This document shows positions 27,431-36,510 of a DNA stretch of 64,000 nt, piece by piece. The DNA lies in NCBI GenBank assembly GCA_938038815.1, contig CALHTF010000004.1, positions 6,824 through 70,823 of the forward strand. The letters are read 5' to 3'. The stretch comes from an uncultured Acidimicrobiales bacterium (GTDB lineage: Bacteria; Actinomycetota; Acidimicrobiia; Acidimicrobiales; SHLQ01). The position numbers and the translations under genes were made by a program. The notes beneath the pieces are model-generated. The model was not told the origin of the DNA. It did not search any database and worked only from the letters and a program-made list of their open reading frames with translations. Within the stretch, counting starts at the first letter, position 1. Each line of letters starts with the position of its first letter.

Positions 27431-28570
27431 CTACAGGCGGTCGAGAACCTGGCTCAGGATCGAGGTGCTCGTGGCGAAGTTCAGCCGAACATGGTTCACG
27501 CCGTGCGGCCCAAAGGTATGGCCATCGTTGAGCGCCACCCCTCGACCGAGAAAGTGCTTGAAGGGTCGGTCGTCGATGCCGCTGGCGATCAGCTCGGAGC
27601 AATCGATCCACGACAAGAAGGTGGCCTGGGGAGCCACCGTGCTCAAACCATCGACCGCGTTCACTCGTTCGACCACGTGGTCCCGATTGGTGCGTAGGTG
27701 ACGGTGCAACTCGTCGAGCCAGTCGTCGCATTCGGTCCAGGCCGCCATCGTTGCCGCCGCGCCGATGTTGTTCACCCCACCCCACATGAATCGGTGAACC
27801 TGTTCGAAGCGGTCCATCATCGCCTGACTGCCCATCACACCCACGGCCAGTCGCAAGCCGGCGATATTGAACGACTTGGTGGCCGAGGTGAACGTGACCG
27901 TGCGTTCGGCGAACGCCGGATCGAGGGTGGCGAACACGGTGTGGGTGCCCTCCCAAACCAAGTCGGCATGGATCTCGTCGGAGATAACGAGCAGGTCGTG
28001 CTCGACTGCAACCTCGCCGATGGCTCGAAGCTCGTCGGTGGTGAACACCCGCCCGGTGGGGTTGTGGGGGTTGGCCATCATGATGATCTTGGTGGTGGGG
28101 GTGATCGCTGCTCGGAGGCCGTCGATATCGAGAGGGTAACCGTCGGCGGCTGCGCCCAGCGGGTTGTCGATGATTACCCGGCCCGACCCTTCGACTGCCT
28201 CGATGAACGGCGGATAGATCGGGGTTTGCAGCACGATGCCGTCGCCGGGTTCGGAGTACAGGTCGATGAACGCAACCAACCCTTGCAACACATCGCCGAA
28301 CATCCGGACCTTTGACTGGTCGACCTCCCAGTCGTGTTGACGTTTCATCCACCGAGCGAACGTGGCGATCGCTCGTTCGTCGTCGGCGAAGAAGGAGTAG
28401 CCAAGGTCGTAACGATCGAGCACGCCCTGCATCGCAGCCAAAATCGGGGGAGCGGGGGCGAAATCCATGTCGGCCACCCACGCGGCCAAAACGTCGTCGC
28501 CGTATTTGGTCCACTTCTTGCCTTCGCGGCCCCGCACGGTTGCCAGGTCGACGTCGAAGTAGCCTCTCAT
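27431..28570 (-). CDS. PLP-dependent C-S lyase / aminotransferase (MalY/PatB family)
   Basis: REGKKWTKYGDDVLAAWVADMDF, ANPHNPTGRVF, VISDEIHADLVW and PLP-Lys context SATKSFNIAGL. Start at MRGYFDV (ATG 28570) forms an ATGA overlap with the upstream stop. Confidence 0.8.
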   Translation of the reverse strand: MRGYFDVDLATVRGREGKKWTKYGDDVLAAWVADMDFAPAPPILAAMQGVLDRYDLGYSFFADDERAIATFARWMKRQHDWEVDQSKVRMFGDVLQGLVAFIDLYSEPGDGIVLQTPIYPPFIEAVEGSGRVIIDNPLGAAADGYPLDIDGLRAAITPTTKIIMMANPHNPTGRVFTTDELRAIGEVAVEHDLLVISDEIHADLVWEGTHTVFATLDPAFAERTVTFTSATKSFNIAGLRLAVGVMGSQAMMDRFEQVHRFMWGGVNNIGAAATMAAWTECDDWLDELHRHLRTNRDHVVERVNAVDGLSTVAPQATFLSWIDCSELIASGIDDRPFKHFLGRGVALNDGHTFGPHGVNHVRLNFATSTSILSQVLDRL

Positions 28571-29349
28571 CACAGGTCCCAGCGAAGGGTCATCGACCCC
28601 GAAAGCGGGTTGTCGGGACCGACCACAAACGGGTCGGTGTTGACCTGATTTGGTGGGCCGCTCTGCGGCTCGACGCAGAGCGCATGGTCGGGTTCGGTGA
28701 AGATCACCCAATGGTCAAAGGTCGAGCTGACCTCGAGGAGCAGCGCCCCGGGCCACTCGATGACCGCTGGGGCGGCGAGCCCAACAAAGGTCTCGTTCCA
28801 CGGGGGCTCCGGCACCGGCTTCATCTCGCCGGTCGGAATCATGTCGTCGTCGAGGGCATAGGCCTGCGATGGCTCGACGGCGAGTTGGGCTGGTCCGCCC
28901 TGGTCCAATTGACGGCGGAACCATGGGTGCCAGCCGGTGAGTGCTGGCATGGTGCGGTCGTCGTTGGTGACGGTGATCGTGACGGTGAGCGAGGTGTCGG
29001 TGAGCACGAAGTGTTGGGTGGCGTGTCCGCCAAAGGGCCATGGGTCGGCCAATGCGGTGGTGATGGTGCCCGAGTCCGACGTCGATACCGCTTCTTCCCA
29101 CCGCTGGAGGTGCCCAACCCCATGGTTGGCGTGCGGCGGGCTCGTGATGGGGAAGTTATGGCTCTCACCGTCGAAGTCGAGCTTGCCGAACGGCAGGCGG
29201 CCAGCCCACGGAACCATCGGGAACGAGCCCCAACGACTCGCCTTGTCGCCTTCGGTGATGAGGACCTCAAGGCCGTCGATCGTCAGCGACGCGAGGCGCC
29301 CACCCTGCAGGTCGATCCTGGCTGCTGCCCGAGACGATGAGAGTTCCAT
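28570..29349 (-). CDS. Aldose 1-epimerase-family (galactose mutarotase-like) protein
   Basis: From MELSSSRAAARIDLQGGRLASLTIDGLEVL, with HGVGHLQRWE, GWHPWF and CVEPQSGPPN typical of the mutarotase-like fold. Confidence 0.7.
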   Translation of the reverse strand: MELSSSRAAARIDLQGGRLASLTIDGLEVLITEGDKASRWGSFPMVPWAGRLPFGKLDFDGESHNFPITSPPHANHGVGHLQRWEEAVSTSDSGTITTALADPWPFGGHATQHFVLTDTSLTVTITVTNDDRTMPALTGWHPWFRRQLDQGGPAQLAVEPSQAYALDDDMIPTGEMKPVPEPPWNETFVGLAAPAVIEWPGALLLEVSSTFDHWVIFTEPDHALCVEPQSGPPNQVNTDPFVVGPDNPLSGSMTLRWDL

Positions 29350-29389
29350 TTGCCGACCATAGCGGACGGCCCAAAGCGCTGGTCGGGGT

Positions 29390-29827
29390 GTGCAAGACTG
29401 TCGGGCGATGTCTGAAGAATCCAACCCCCCAAAGGCGCCCCACACCGGCAAATGTGCGTGTGGCGGCGTGAAGTACTCCGTCACTGGCGACCTCCGCGCG
29501 GTGAGCAATTGTCACTGTGAACCGTGCCGGCGAACAACCGGCCACCACATGGCGGCCACGGCAACCAGTTCGGCGGCCCTGGAATTCGAGTCGAAAGAAA
29601 CGCTGCAGTGGTGGGGTCGTACCCCGACGGTCGAGTACGGCTTTTGCAACACCTGTGGGTCGTCGTTGTTTTGGCGGGCCGCCGACAAACCCGACCACGT
29701 GTCGATCACCGCCGGGTCGCTCGACCAACCAACCGGACTCCACACCTACGAGGCGCTATTCGTCGCCGAAGCCGGCGACTACCACCAACGCGACCCAGCG
29801 CTGCTCCAACACCCCTACGACCACTAA
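29390..29827 (+). CDS. GFA-family (glutathione-dependent formaldehyde-activating / CENP-V-like) zinc protein
   Basis: Cys pattern GKCACGGVKY...SNCHCEPCRR...GFCNTCGSSLFW. Confidence 0.8.
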   Translation: MQDCRAMSEESNPPKAPHTGKCACGGVKYSVTGDLRAVSNCHCEPCRRTTGHHMAATATSSAALEFESKETLQWWGRTPTVEYGFCNTCGSSLFWRAADKPDHVSITAGSLDQPTGLHTYEALFVAEAGDYHQRDPALLQHPYDH

Positions 29828-29938
29828 CCCCTCCCGAAATTTTCGCGTGGAACCCGCCGAGAGGGGGTCAAACGCGATCACAAATGGGATTCGCTGCTCT
29901 TTTCGCGGGCGCGGTCGTTGGGCATATGATCTGTCGCC

Positions 29939-31486
29939 ATGGCAATCATTCATAAAAGTCCGCTGCCCGACGTCGACATTCCGAGCGAGCCGATCACTAC
30001 CTATGTGTTGCGTGCCGGGCTCGCCACGCCCGACCGCATCGCCATGCACTGCGGTGCGAGCGGCAAGCAGTACACATACCAACAGCTGAGCGACGCTATC
30101 CACGGCTTTGCCGGTGGGCTGGCTGCTCGCGGATTGGGCAAGGGCGATGTCATTGCCCTCATGTCGCCCAACGACCCCGACTTCGCCGTCGTGTTTCACG
30201 GTGCCGCCGTCGCCGGGGTAACCGTCACTACCCTCAACCCGACCTACACCGCCGACGAGTTGCGCCATCAGCTGTCGGATTCGGGCGCCAAGCTTATGGT
30301 GTCGTTTCCGGCGACCATCCCGCTCGCCGCCCAAGCGATCGACGGGACGGCGGTCACCGAACTGGTAGCGATGGGCGAGGCCGAAGGGGCGACCCCCATG
30401 GCCGATCTGCTCGCCGCTGACCCGATCACCCAGGTCGACGTCGATGTCGACGACCACGTGGTTGTTCTGCCGTACTCGTCGGGAACTACCGGGCTGGCGA
30501 AGGGCGTGATGCTCACCCACAAGAACCTGGTTGCCAACCTCGCTCAGTGCGAGCACGCGGTTGTGCTCGACGACGGCGATGCGCTGCTCGCCGTGCTGCC
30601 CTTCTTCCATATCTATGGCATGCAGGTGCTGATGAACTACGGCCTTTCCAACGGTTCGACCGTGGTCAGCCTGCCGCGGTTCGACCTGGTGCGGGCGCTC
30701 GAGCTGATCGGCGAGTTTAAGATCGCCAAGTTCTTCGCCGTTCCGCCGATGGTCCTGGCGCTCGCCAAGCAGCCGATCATCGACGAGTACGACATCTCAT
30801 CGCTCAATCTCGTGGTGTCGGGCGCGGCTCCCCTCGGTGCCGAACTGGCCGACGAAGCCTCCGCCCGAATCAACGCACCGGTGGTGCAGGCCTACGGCAT
30901 GACCGAACTTTCGCCGGTCAGTCACTGCACACCCCCCGGCAAGAACATGCCCGGCTCGTCGGGTGTCACGATTTCGAACACCGAGTGCCGGTTTGTCGAC
31001 GAAGAAGGCAACGATCAAGACGTCGGTGCCGACGGCGAAATGTGGGTCCGTGGCCCGCAGGTGATGAAGGGGTACCTCAACAACGACGAGGCCACCACCA
31101 ACACCATCGACGCCGACGGCTGGTTGCACACCGGCGACGTTGCGCACATCGACGAAGCCGGAAACGTGTTCATCGTCGACCGGGTGAAGGAACTCATCAA
31201 GTACAAGGGTTTCCAAGTGCCGCCCGCCGAACTCGAAGCGCTCATCATCACCCACGATGCGGTGGCCGATGTGGCGGTTATCGGTATCCCCGAGGTCGAA
31301 GCCGGCGAGTTGCCGAAGGCATTCGTGGCACTGAAACCGGGCGCCGAGGCCACCGAAGACGAAATCATGGAGTTCGTCAAAGGCCAGGTTGCGTCCTACA
31401 AGCAGATCCGCTTGGTCGAGTTCATCGACGAAATCCCCAAATCTGCCTCCGGAAAGATCCTGCGCCGCTTCTTACGTGACAAGTAG
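29939..31486 (+). CDS. AMP-dependent acyl-CoA ligase (4-coumarate-CoA / fatty-acid-CoA ligase family)
   Basis: LPYSSGTTGLAKGVMLTH, QAYGMTE, GWLHTGDVAHIDEAGNVFIVDRVKELIKYKGFQVPPAELE and PKSASGKILRR. Confidence 0.85.
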   Translation: MAIIHKSPLPDVDIPSEPITTYVLRAGLATPDRIAMHCGASGKQYTYQQLSDAIHGFAGGLAARGLGKGDVIALMSPNDPDFAVVFHGAAVAGVTVTTLNPTYTADELRHQLSDSGAKLMVSFPATIPLAAQAIDGTAVTELVAMGEAEGATPMADLLAADPITQVDVDVDDHVVVLPYSSGTTGLAKGVMLTHKNLVANLAQCEHAVVLDDGDALLAVLPFFHIYGMQVLMNYGLSNGSTVVSLPRFDLVRALELIGEFKIAKFFAVPPMVLALAKQPIIDEYDISSLNLVVSGAAPLGAELADEASARINAPVVQAYGMTELSPVSHCTPPGKNMPGSSGVTISNTECRFVDEEGNDQDVGADGEMWVRGPQVMKGYLNNDEATTNTIDADGWLHTGDVAHIDEAGNVFIVDRVKELIKYKGFQVPPAELEALIITHDAVADVAVIGIPEVEAGELPKAFVALKPGAEATEDEIMEFVKGQVASYKQIRLVEFIDEIPKSASGKILRRFLRDK

Positions 31487-31718
31487 GGCCTCTTGATCGC
31501 GCTTGACCTGCTCAGGCGCTAAGTCAGCACGCTGGCACGTGCCGCCCTTGGCCGGTACTTCGGGCACAGCGCTACTTGGGCGCTTGCTCTTTGGGGCCCA
31601 GCGCTCCTCACCTTTTGCGTCCTTGGCTCCGAGCCCGACACTTCGGGACCGGATCACTCTGGGTCGCTCCGGCTCCGCCTCCGCTCCCACGCTTCGCTAT
31701 TTTCGATCGCGACTTTGG

Positions 31719-32339
31719 CTATGAGGACGTAACCCGGGCTGGGGCTTCTACGAGGCCGACCAGCATGTCGATGAGGTTGTCGACGAAATGGTCGTGGCTG
31801 GTTCGTGCCTTGCGGCCCGCGTCGAGGCGGCGGGCTCGTTCGGCGACCATGGCGGTCATCAGCGTCACCATGGCGATCAGTCGCTCGCGGCGGTGTTCGC
31901 CCGCCAGCTCCGCTGGCCGGTTGCCAATGATTGCGAGGATACGTTCGAGTTCGGGTTCGGTCGACGAGCGGTCCGAGCCGCCGACAAAGCCCGACCGCAA
32001 CTGGTCGACGATCTGCACGTAGTGGCGGCCAGACTCGGTGCGGAGGCATCCGGCGTAGGGCACGACCAAGGCGTGTAACAACGAGGCGGTGGATGACTCG
32101 TGGTCGAGGTGGGCGCCAAGCTCGCCCCGTTGGCTATCGAGATCGGGTCCGACCATGGCCAAGATGGCCAAGATCAGGTCGTCGCGGCTACCGAAGTGGT
32201 AGCTCAGGGCCGACGCGTTGCGCTGACCCGCCGCCTCGATGATCTCGCGGTTGGTTACCTGGTAGACGCCGCCAACGGCCATAAGGCGGGCGGCTTGAGC
32301 GAGCAGTTCATGGCGAGTGCTCTCGGCGTTGCGGGCCAA
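31719..32339 (-). CDS. TetR/AcrR-family transcriptional regulator
   Basis: 206 aa with N-terminal HTH TRHELLAQAARLMAVGGVYQVTNREIIEAAGQRNASALSYHFGSRDDL. It lies 1 nt downstream of the LLM gene. Confidence 0.8.
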   Translation of the reverse strand: MARNAESTRHELLAQAARLMAVGGVYQVTNREIIEAAGQRNASALSYHFGSRDDLILAILAMVGPDLDSQRGELGAHLDHESSTASLLHALVVPYAGCLRTESGRHYVQIVDQLRSGFVGGSDRSSTEPELERILAIIGNRPAELAGEHRRERLIAMVTLMTAMVAERARRLDAGRKARTSHDHFVDNLIDMLVGLVEAPARVTSS

Positions 32340-32340
32340 C

Positions 32341-33555
32341 TCAGCTACCGAGAGGCAAGATTGCGGTGTCGGGGATGATGCTCACGTCGAGCCCATCGGG
32401 AACCGGGTGCTCAAAGTCGGGGTACTGGCGCACGGCGTTCTCGCGGAACTTGGTGGTGCGGTGCACCGGATCTTTGTCGTACTCGGGGATGACCTGGTCG
32501 CCGAAGAGCTCGATCATTTCTTCGATCTCGTCGTGTTGCATGCCTTCGATCGGCAGACCGAACGCAACTTGGTCACAGCCCACGTCTTGGTAGGCAGCGA
32601 GTTGTTCGGCGACCTCTTCGGGGTTGCCGCACAACATGTAGCCACCGGCGATTGCCATGTCGAGGATCTCGTCGGTCCACTCGACGTCGCGTGGCGGGTC
32701 GGGCCATACGATGGCGTCGGGCGACTTCGGCATCGAGTCGTGGTAGAGGTTCACCATGGTGACCAGGTAGCCGCGGCCTTTGGCCTTGGCGATCTCGCGG
32801 GCCCGTTCGCGGTCCTTCAAGCAGATGACGGCGTTGGTCATCATCACGTTGTTGTTCTGGTACTGGCCGATTTGTTCGACCACGTTCTCTGCGCCCTCTT
32901 TGTACGAGTCGACCCGGCCTTTGAGGTTGTGGATCGGCTCGAAGTTAAAGGCGATGGCGCCGATGCCTAGCGAGCCGGCGATGGCGAAGGTTTGCGGGTT
33001 ACCGCACGCGACCCAGATCGGCGGGTGACCCTTGCCGTAGGGCTTGGGCAAGATGTTGTGTGGGGTAGGAACCGACCAACCATCGCCTTCGAACTGGTAG
33101 TCCTTGACTTCCCACATACGCGGGATCTCACGAATGACTTCGTTCCACATGGCCTTGGTCTGGGAAAGCTCGGTGCCGCTGAAGGTAGCGAGTTCGTGGC
33201 TGCCAGCGCCTCGGCCAGTGCCGAACTCAAACCGCTGGTTGGTCATGTGGTCGAGCATGGCGGCCCGCTCGGCGAACCGGACCGGGTGCTCTTTGGTCAC
33301 CGGGAAGCTGGTTATGGCTGACCCGACATGGATCTGTTCGGTTTGGGCGGCAACCCAACCCATCACTGGCGCGGGCGCTGCCATGTGGCTGTATTCGACC
33401 AGTCCGTGATGTTCGCCGAACCAGGCGTACTTCCAGTTGTGCTTGTCGGCCAGCACGGCGTATCCGGCCTCGCGCATCAGCTCGGTGTGCTCGGACTCTG
33501 TGTCGTGGGCCGCTGGGCCAGGGGTGTAGCCGTTACTGAAGACGCCGAATTCCAC
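32341..33555 (-). CDS. LLM-class flavin-dependent monooxygenase/oxidoreductase
   Basis: MEFGVFSNGY...WFGEHH...FEFGTGRG... is a luciferase-like TIM-barrel pattern. 404 aa. Confidence 0.8.
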   Translation of the reverse strand: MEFGVFSNGYTPGPAAHDTESEHTELMREAGYAVLADKHNWKYAWFGEHHGLVEYSHMAAPAPVMGWVAAQTEQIHVGSAITSFPVTKEHPVRFAERAAMLDHMTNQRFEFGTGRGAGSHELATFSGTELSQTKAMWNEVIREIPRMWEVKDYQFEGDGWSVPTPHNILPKPYGKGHPPIWVACGNPQTFAIAGSLGIGAIAFNFEPIHNLKGRVDSYKEGAENVVEQIGQYQNNNVMMTNAVICLKDRERAREIAKAKGRGYLVTMVNLYHDSMPKSPDAIVWPDPPRDVEWTDEILDMAIAGGYMLCGNPEEVAEQLAAYQDVGCDQVAFGLPIEGMQHDEIEEMIELFGDQVIPEYDKDPVHRTTKFRENAVRQYPDFEHPVPDGLDVSIIPDTAILPLGS

Positions 33556-33650
33556 GAGATATACCGCTTTCGTTGCTGACAGAACCTGTTTCCCGGATAG
33601 TAATGCCCTGCATTAATCCGAAGCAAGAGGGTTCGATGACCAGCGGTAGG

Positions 33651-34664
33651 TTACCTCGCCGAAACTCCGTTGTAGGGGGCGCCCGCTTCTTGCCATTCGG
33701 CATACATCGCAAAGAACTCCTCGCCGAAGGGGTCCTTTCCTTGTAGTGGCATGGCGGCGCGGCGTATGGTCCAGTCAAATGGGGCCAATGCAACGGCGGT
33801 TTCGAGGTTGCGGGCGGCCCCGGCCTCGTCGCCGGCCCGGCGCAGGTGGGCGCCGATCCGAAAGTACAAACGGGCTTGTTCGTGCTCGGGGCCCAAGTCG
33901 TCAACCGCACCTTGGGCAGCGGCCGCGTCCATCATCGTCGTGCCTTCGGTAACCCACTGGCGGATCAGATCCTTTTGCGGACCCGACTCGATACCGGTGA
34001 AGTCTTTGAACGTGTCGGTGCCGAAGGCGACCCAGTTGGGTTGTACGATGCGATCGTGCTCGTCGATCAAAATGACCGTCGGTACGTTCGAGATGGCGTA
34101 GAGCTCGGTCAACAGATGGTCGGCATCGACGAGCAGGGGATAGGTAATGCCCTCGCTCGCTTCGCGGATTGCGTCGACGTTTTCGTCGATCGCTACACCG
34201 AGGACCATGAAGTTCTGGTCGGCGAGTTCTTCGTGGAGTTCCTGCCACCCGGGCAGGTCAAAGAGGCATCCTCACCAACTGGAAAAGGCGAAGAGCAGCT
34301 TCTTCTTGCCGGCGTAGTCGCTCAACGAGCGGGTGACCCCGTTGAGGTCGGGGAGCGAGAACCCGGGCGCCGACAAGTCGTTGATCGCCTGGTGTCGTGC
34401 GCTTCGAGGTGCGCCGATGGCTACGAGGTTCGATTCGTCGTCGAGTACCCATGGCCGGCCCACCAGATCGGCGACGGCACGGACATCGATTAGGTCGGCC
34501 GGGTCGTTGTGGTCGCCCTCGGGAAACAGCGCGCTGGTATCAGCAACGGGGACGCATTGGTCGTCTTGGCACAGGCCTTCGGGCCGCAGTTTCCAGCCGA
34601 TTGTTGCTTCGAGTTCGTTGCGGGCCACGAGCGGGCCTTCGAGAAGTGCAGTCGGAATACCCAT
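33651..34664 (-). CDS. Thioredoxin-fold (TlpA/ResA/redoxin-like) protein with an in-frame TGA at the active site; candidate selenoprotein
   Basis: Track ORFs 34272-34664 and 33651-34208 share one frame and are interrupted only by TGA at 34272-34274. My read-through translation is ...GKKKLLFAFSSW-[TGA]-GCLFDLPGWQELHEELADQNFMVLGVAIDE...NVPTVILIDEHDRIV. The TGA falls where the redoxin family has its first redox Cys. Confidence 0.55.
34241..34274 (-). promoter_or_regulatory. Candidate bacterial SECIS-like hairpin immediately 3' of the in-frame UGA
   Basis: On the mRNA: UGA, then 14 nt, then CCUGCC-CGGGU-GGCAGG (perfect 6-bp GC stem at 34252-34257 / 34241-34246 with a G/U-containing 5-nt loop). 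The loop begins 20 nt (spans ~21-25 nt) 3' of the UGA, within the range described for bacterial SECIS elements. Not validated by any model. Confidence 0.35.
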
Positions 34665-34752
34665 ACCCGCACCCTAGTGGCGGTGGTCGGCCGATCAGAA
34701 AAACCCCAAAAACCTGGTTTAGGCGGCCTCGGGAAACGTCGAACATATCTAT

Positions 34753-36453
34753 GTGGACGATGATCAGACCAACGAACGGGGCGGTAGCGCGGTGACGCGT
34801 CGACTCGGCCTTGCCTTGCTTGGTTTGGTGGGAATCTCGGTACTCGGATCGCTTCTAGTCGGCACCCAACTGGTTCGGGTTTCCGGCCTCAACGCGAACG
34901 ATCTTGCCTCGCGACTCGGGTTTCTCCGGATGGCGTACATCCTGGTTTCGGGTGTCGTCGCAACCGCCGCACTGGTTGCATGGGCGTTGCTCGTTCGGCC
35001 GCTAAAGGACCGCTTGGCCGCCATCCGCCGGGTAGCGGATTCGCTGGCCGAAGGCCGCATCCAAGCCCCAATTGGCGACCAAGCAGACGATGAAGTCGGC
35101 GAGGTTGCCCGCAGTCTTGATCGACTGGCCGAGGCAATCACGGTCGATCTTCGCACCCGACAAACCAGCGAAGACGAGCTTCGTCGCAAGGCGTCGTTCG
35201 ACGAACTCACCGGCGCCGCCAACCGCGCATCGCTCACCGTCGAGCTCGAAAACACCTTGGCCGACAAAGAGATGGCCGATCACGCTGCACTGCTCAGTAT
35301 CGACCTCGACCGGTTTAAAGAACTCAACGACACCTTTGGTCACCAGGCCGGTGACGAAGCGCTCAAGATCGTGACCGAACGCATCAAGGCTGCTGTGAAG
35401 GCCAGTGACGTGGTGGCCCGCATGGGTGGCGACGAATTCTTGGTGCTGCTGCGCAATGTGAGCCCGGTCGAAGTCGCCGAGGTGGTTGCCCGTCTGCGGG
35501 CCAGCATGGGTCGGGACGCAACGATCGGAAACAAACGACACAAGCTGTTGTTCAGCATCGGTACCACCCAGATCGGTTACGGCGTCGATGCCGAGTTCTT
35601 GCTTCGCGAAGTCGATATTGCGATGTACCAAGACAAAGAACGCAACCGCCGTCTGCGAGAGCAGGCCCGGGTGAATTCGAGCGACGAGGTGGTCGATGTG
35701 CTGGGCGACGGTCATCTCGACATCCGCTTTCAGCCAATCTTTCATATCGGTAACGGCCAGGTTGTGGGCGCCATGGTGATGCCGTACTGGCTCAACACGA
35801 CCGGTGGTGTGCTCGAGCCGAGTCAGTTCCGCGCCATGATCGACGACACCCCGCAGGGTGTTGCCTTCGACCAGGCCGCCATCGGCCAGATGCTCGCCCA
35901 CGTGCACGCCTTGGCCTACAACCATGTTCTGCCCGCCAACTTTGTGATCGTGATGAAACCGACGTTGGCGACCCTTGGCGAGTCGAGCTTCCCGGCGTGG
36001 CTGCAAAGCGTGATGGCCAAGCGTGGCCTCCCGCCTTCGATGCTGCAGATGACGATCAGTCGCTCGAGTGTCGAGAACGACCCAGCCGGAATTCGCGAAC
36101 TCCACCGCATTGGCGTCAAGATGGCGGTCGAAGACCTCGGCATCCTTGCCATGCAGGACGATCGGGTCGGTCAGCTGCAAATGACCCTGGGCATGATCGG
36201 CCAACGCCGACTCCGCGACTTGGCTCGCAACAAGCTGGCTCGTCCGGCCATCATGTCGCTGCTCAGCCTCGCGAGCCAGGCAAATCTGGTTGTTGTGGCC
36301 GACGGCGTCGACGAAGAACGAGACTTCGCTGAACTCGGCCCGCTCGGTATTGGCTTTGCTGCGGGCGACTACCTGGCGCGCACGATGAACGTGGACGATC
36401 TCCGCCGCGGCCTCTCGGCTCAGCAGCAGGCCACCCAAAACAAGGCGGCGTAA
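34753..36453 (+). CDS. Membrane HAMP-GGDEF-(degenerate EAL) c-di-GMP signalling protein
   Basis: N-terminal TM helices and a HAMP-like segment. GGDEF domain with DELTGAANR and an intact RMGGDEFLVLL. The EAL-like C-terminus reads GAMVMPYW where the family has GxEALxRW, with other catalytic positions also changed. Confidence 0.85.
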   Translation: MDDDQTNERGGSAVTRRLGLALLGLVGISVLGSLLVGTQLVRVSGLNANDLASRLGFLRMAYILVSGVVATAALVAWALLVRPLKDRLAAIRRVADSLAEGRIQAPIGDQADDEVGEVARSLDRLAEAITVDLRTRQTSEDELRRKASFDELTGAANRASLTVELENTLADKEMADHAALLSIDLDRFKELNDTFGHQAGDEALKIVTERIKAAVKASDVVARMGGDEFLVLLRNVSPVEVAEVVARLRASMGRDATIGNKRHKLLFSIGTTQIGYGVDAEFLLREVDIAMYQDKERNRRLREQARVNSSDEVVDVLGDGHLDIRFQPIFHIGNGQVVGAMVMPYWLNTTGGVLEPSQFRAMIDDTPQGVAFDQAAIGQMLAHVHALAYNHVLPANFVIVMKPTLATLGESSFPAWLQSVMAKRGLPPSMLQMTISRSSVENDPAGIRELHRIGVKMAVEDLGILAMQDDRVGQLQMTLGMIGQRRLRDLARNKLARPAIMSLLSLASQANLVVVADGVDEERDFAELGPLGIGFAAGDYLARTMNVDDLRRGLSAQQQATQNKAA

Positions 36454-36459
36454 CCGGGC

Positions 36460-36494
36460 AAACTGAATCAGGTGTCAGACACGTGATTCAGTTT
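36460..36494. terminator. Near-perfect 35-nt AT-rich palindrome between convergent genes (bidirectional terminator candidate)
   Basis: AAACTGAATCA-g-GTGTC-a-GACAC-g-TGATTCAGTTT gives 16 paired positions with one G-G mismatch. It is flanked by A-run/T-run and lies between the stops at 36453 (+) and 36511 (-). Confidence 0.6.
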
Positions 36495-36510
36495 GGATAG
36501 TCGATTTGGC

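Noticed and set aside
33651-34664. Treating 34272-34664 and 33651-34208 as two independent genes.
   Set aside because: Both are in the same frame with a single TGA between them. The upstream piece would end one residue before the redox motif, and the downstream piece would start in the middle of the thioredoxin fold. A plain pseudogene remains the alternative to selenocysteine.
35002-36438. Very long antisense or overlapping ORFs: 35002-36438(-), 3455-4393(-), 9419-10459(-), 19925-21085(+), 21720-23273(+), 23360-24424(+), 41739-43151(-), 59750-61435(-), 62706-63740(-) and 27333-28514(-).
   Set aside because: Each lies opposite or out of frame to a gene with clear family motifs. Their translations are Arg/Gly/His/Pro-rich with no recognisable domains, which is the usual shadow-ORF artefact of high-GC DNA.
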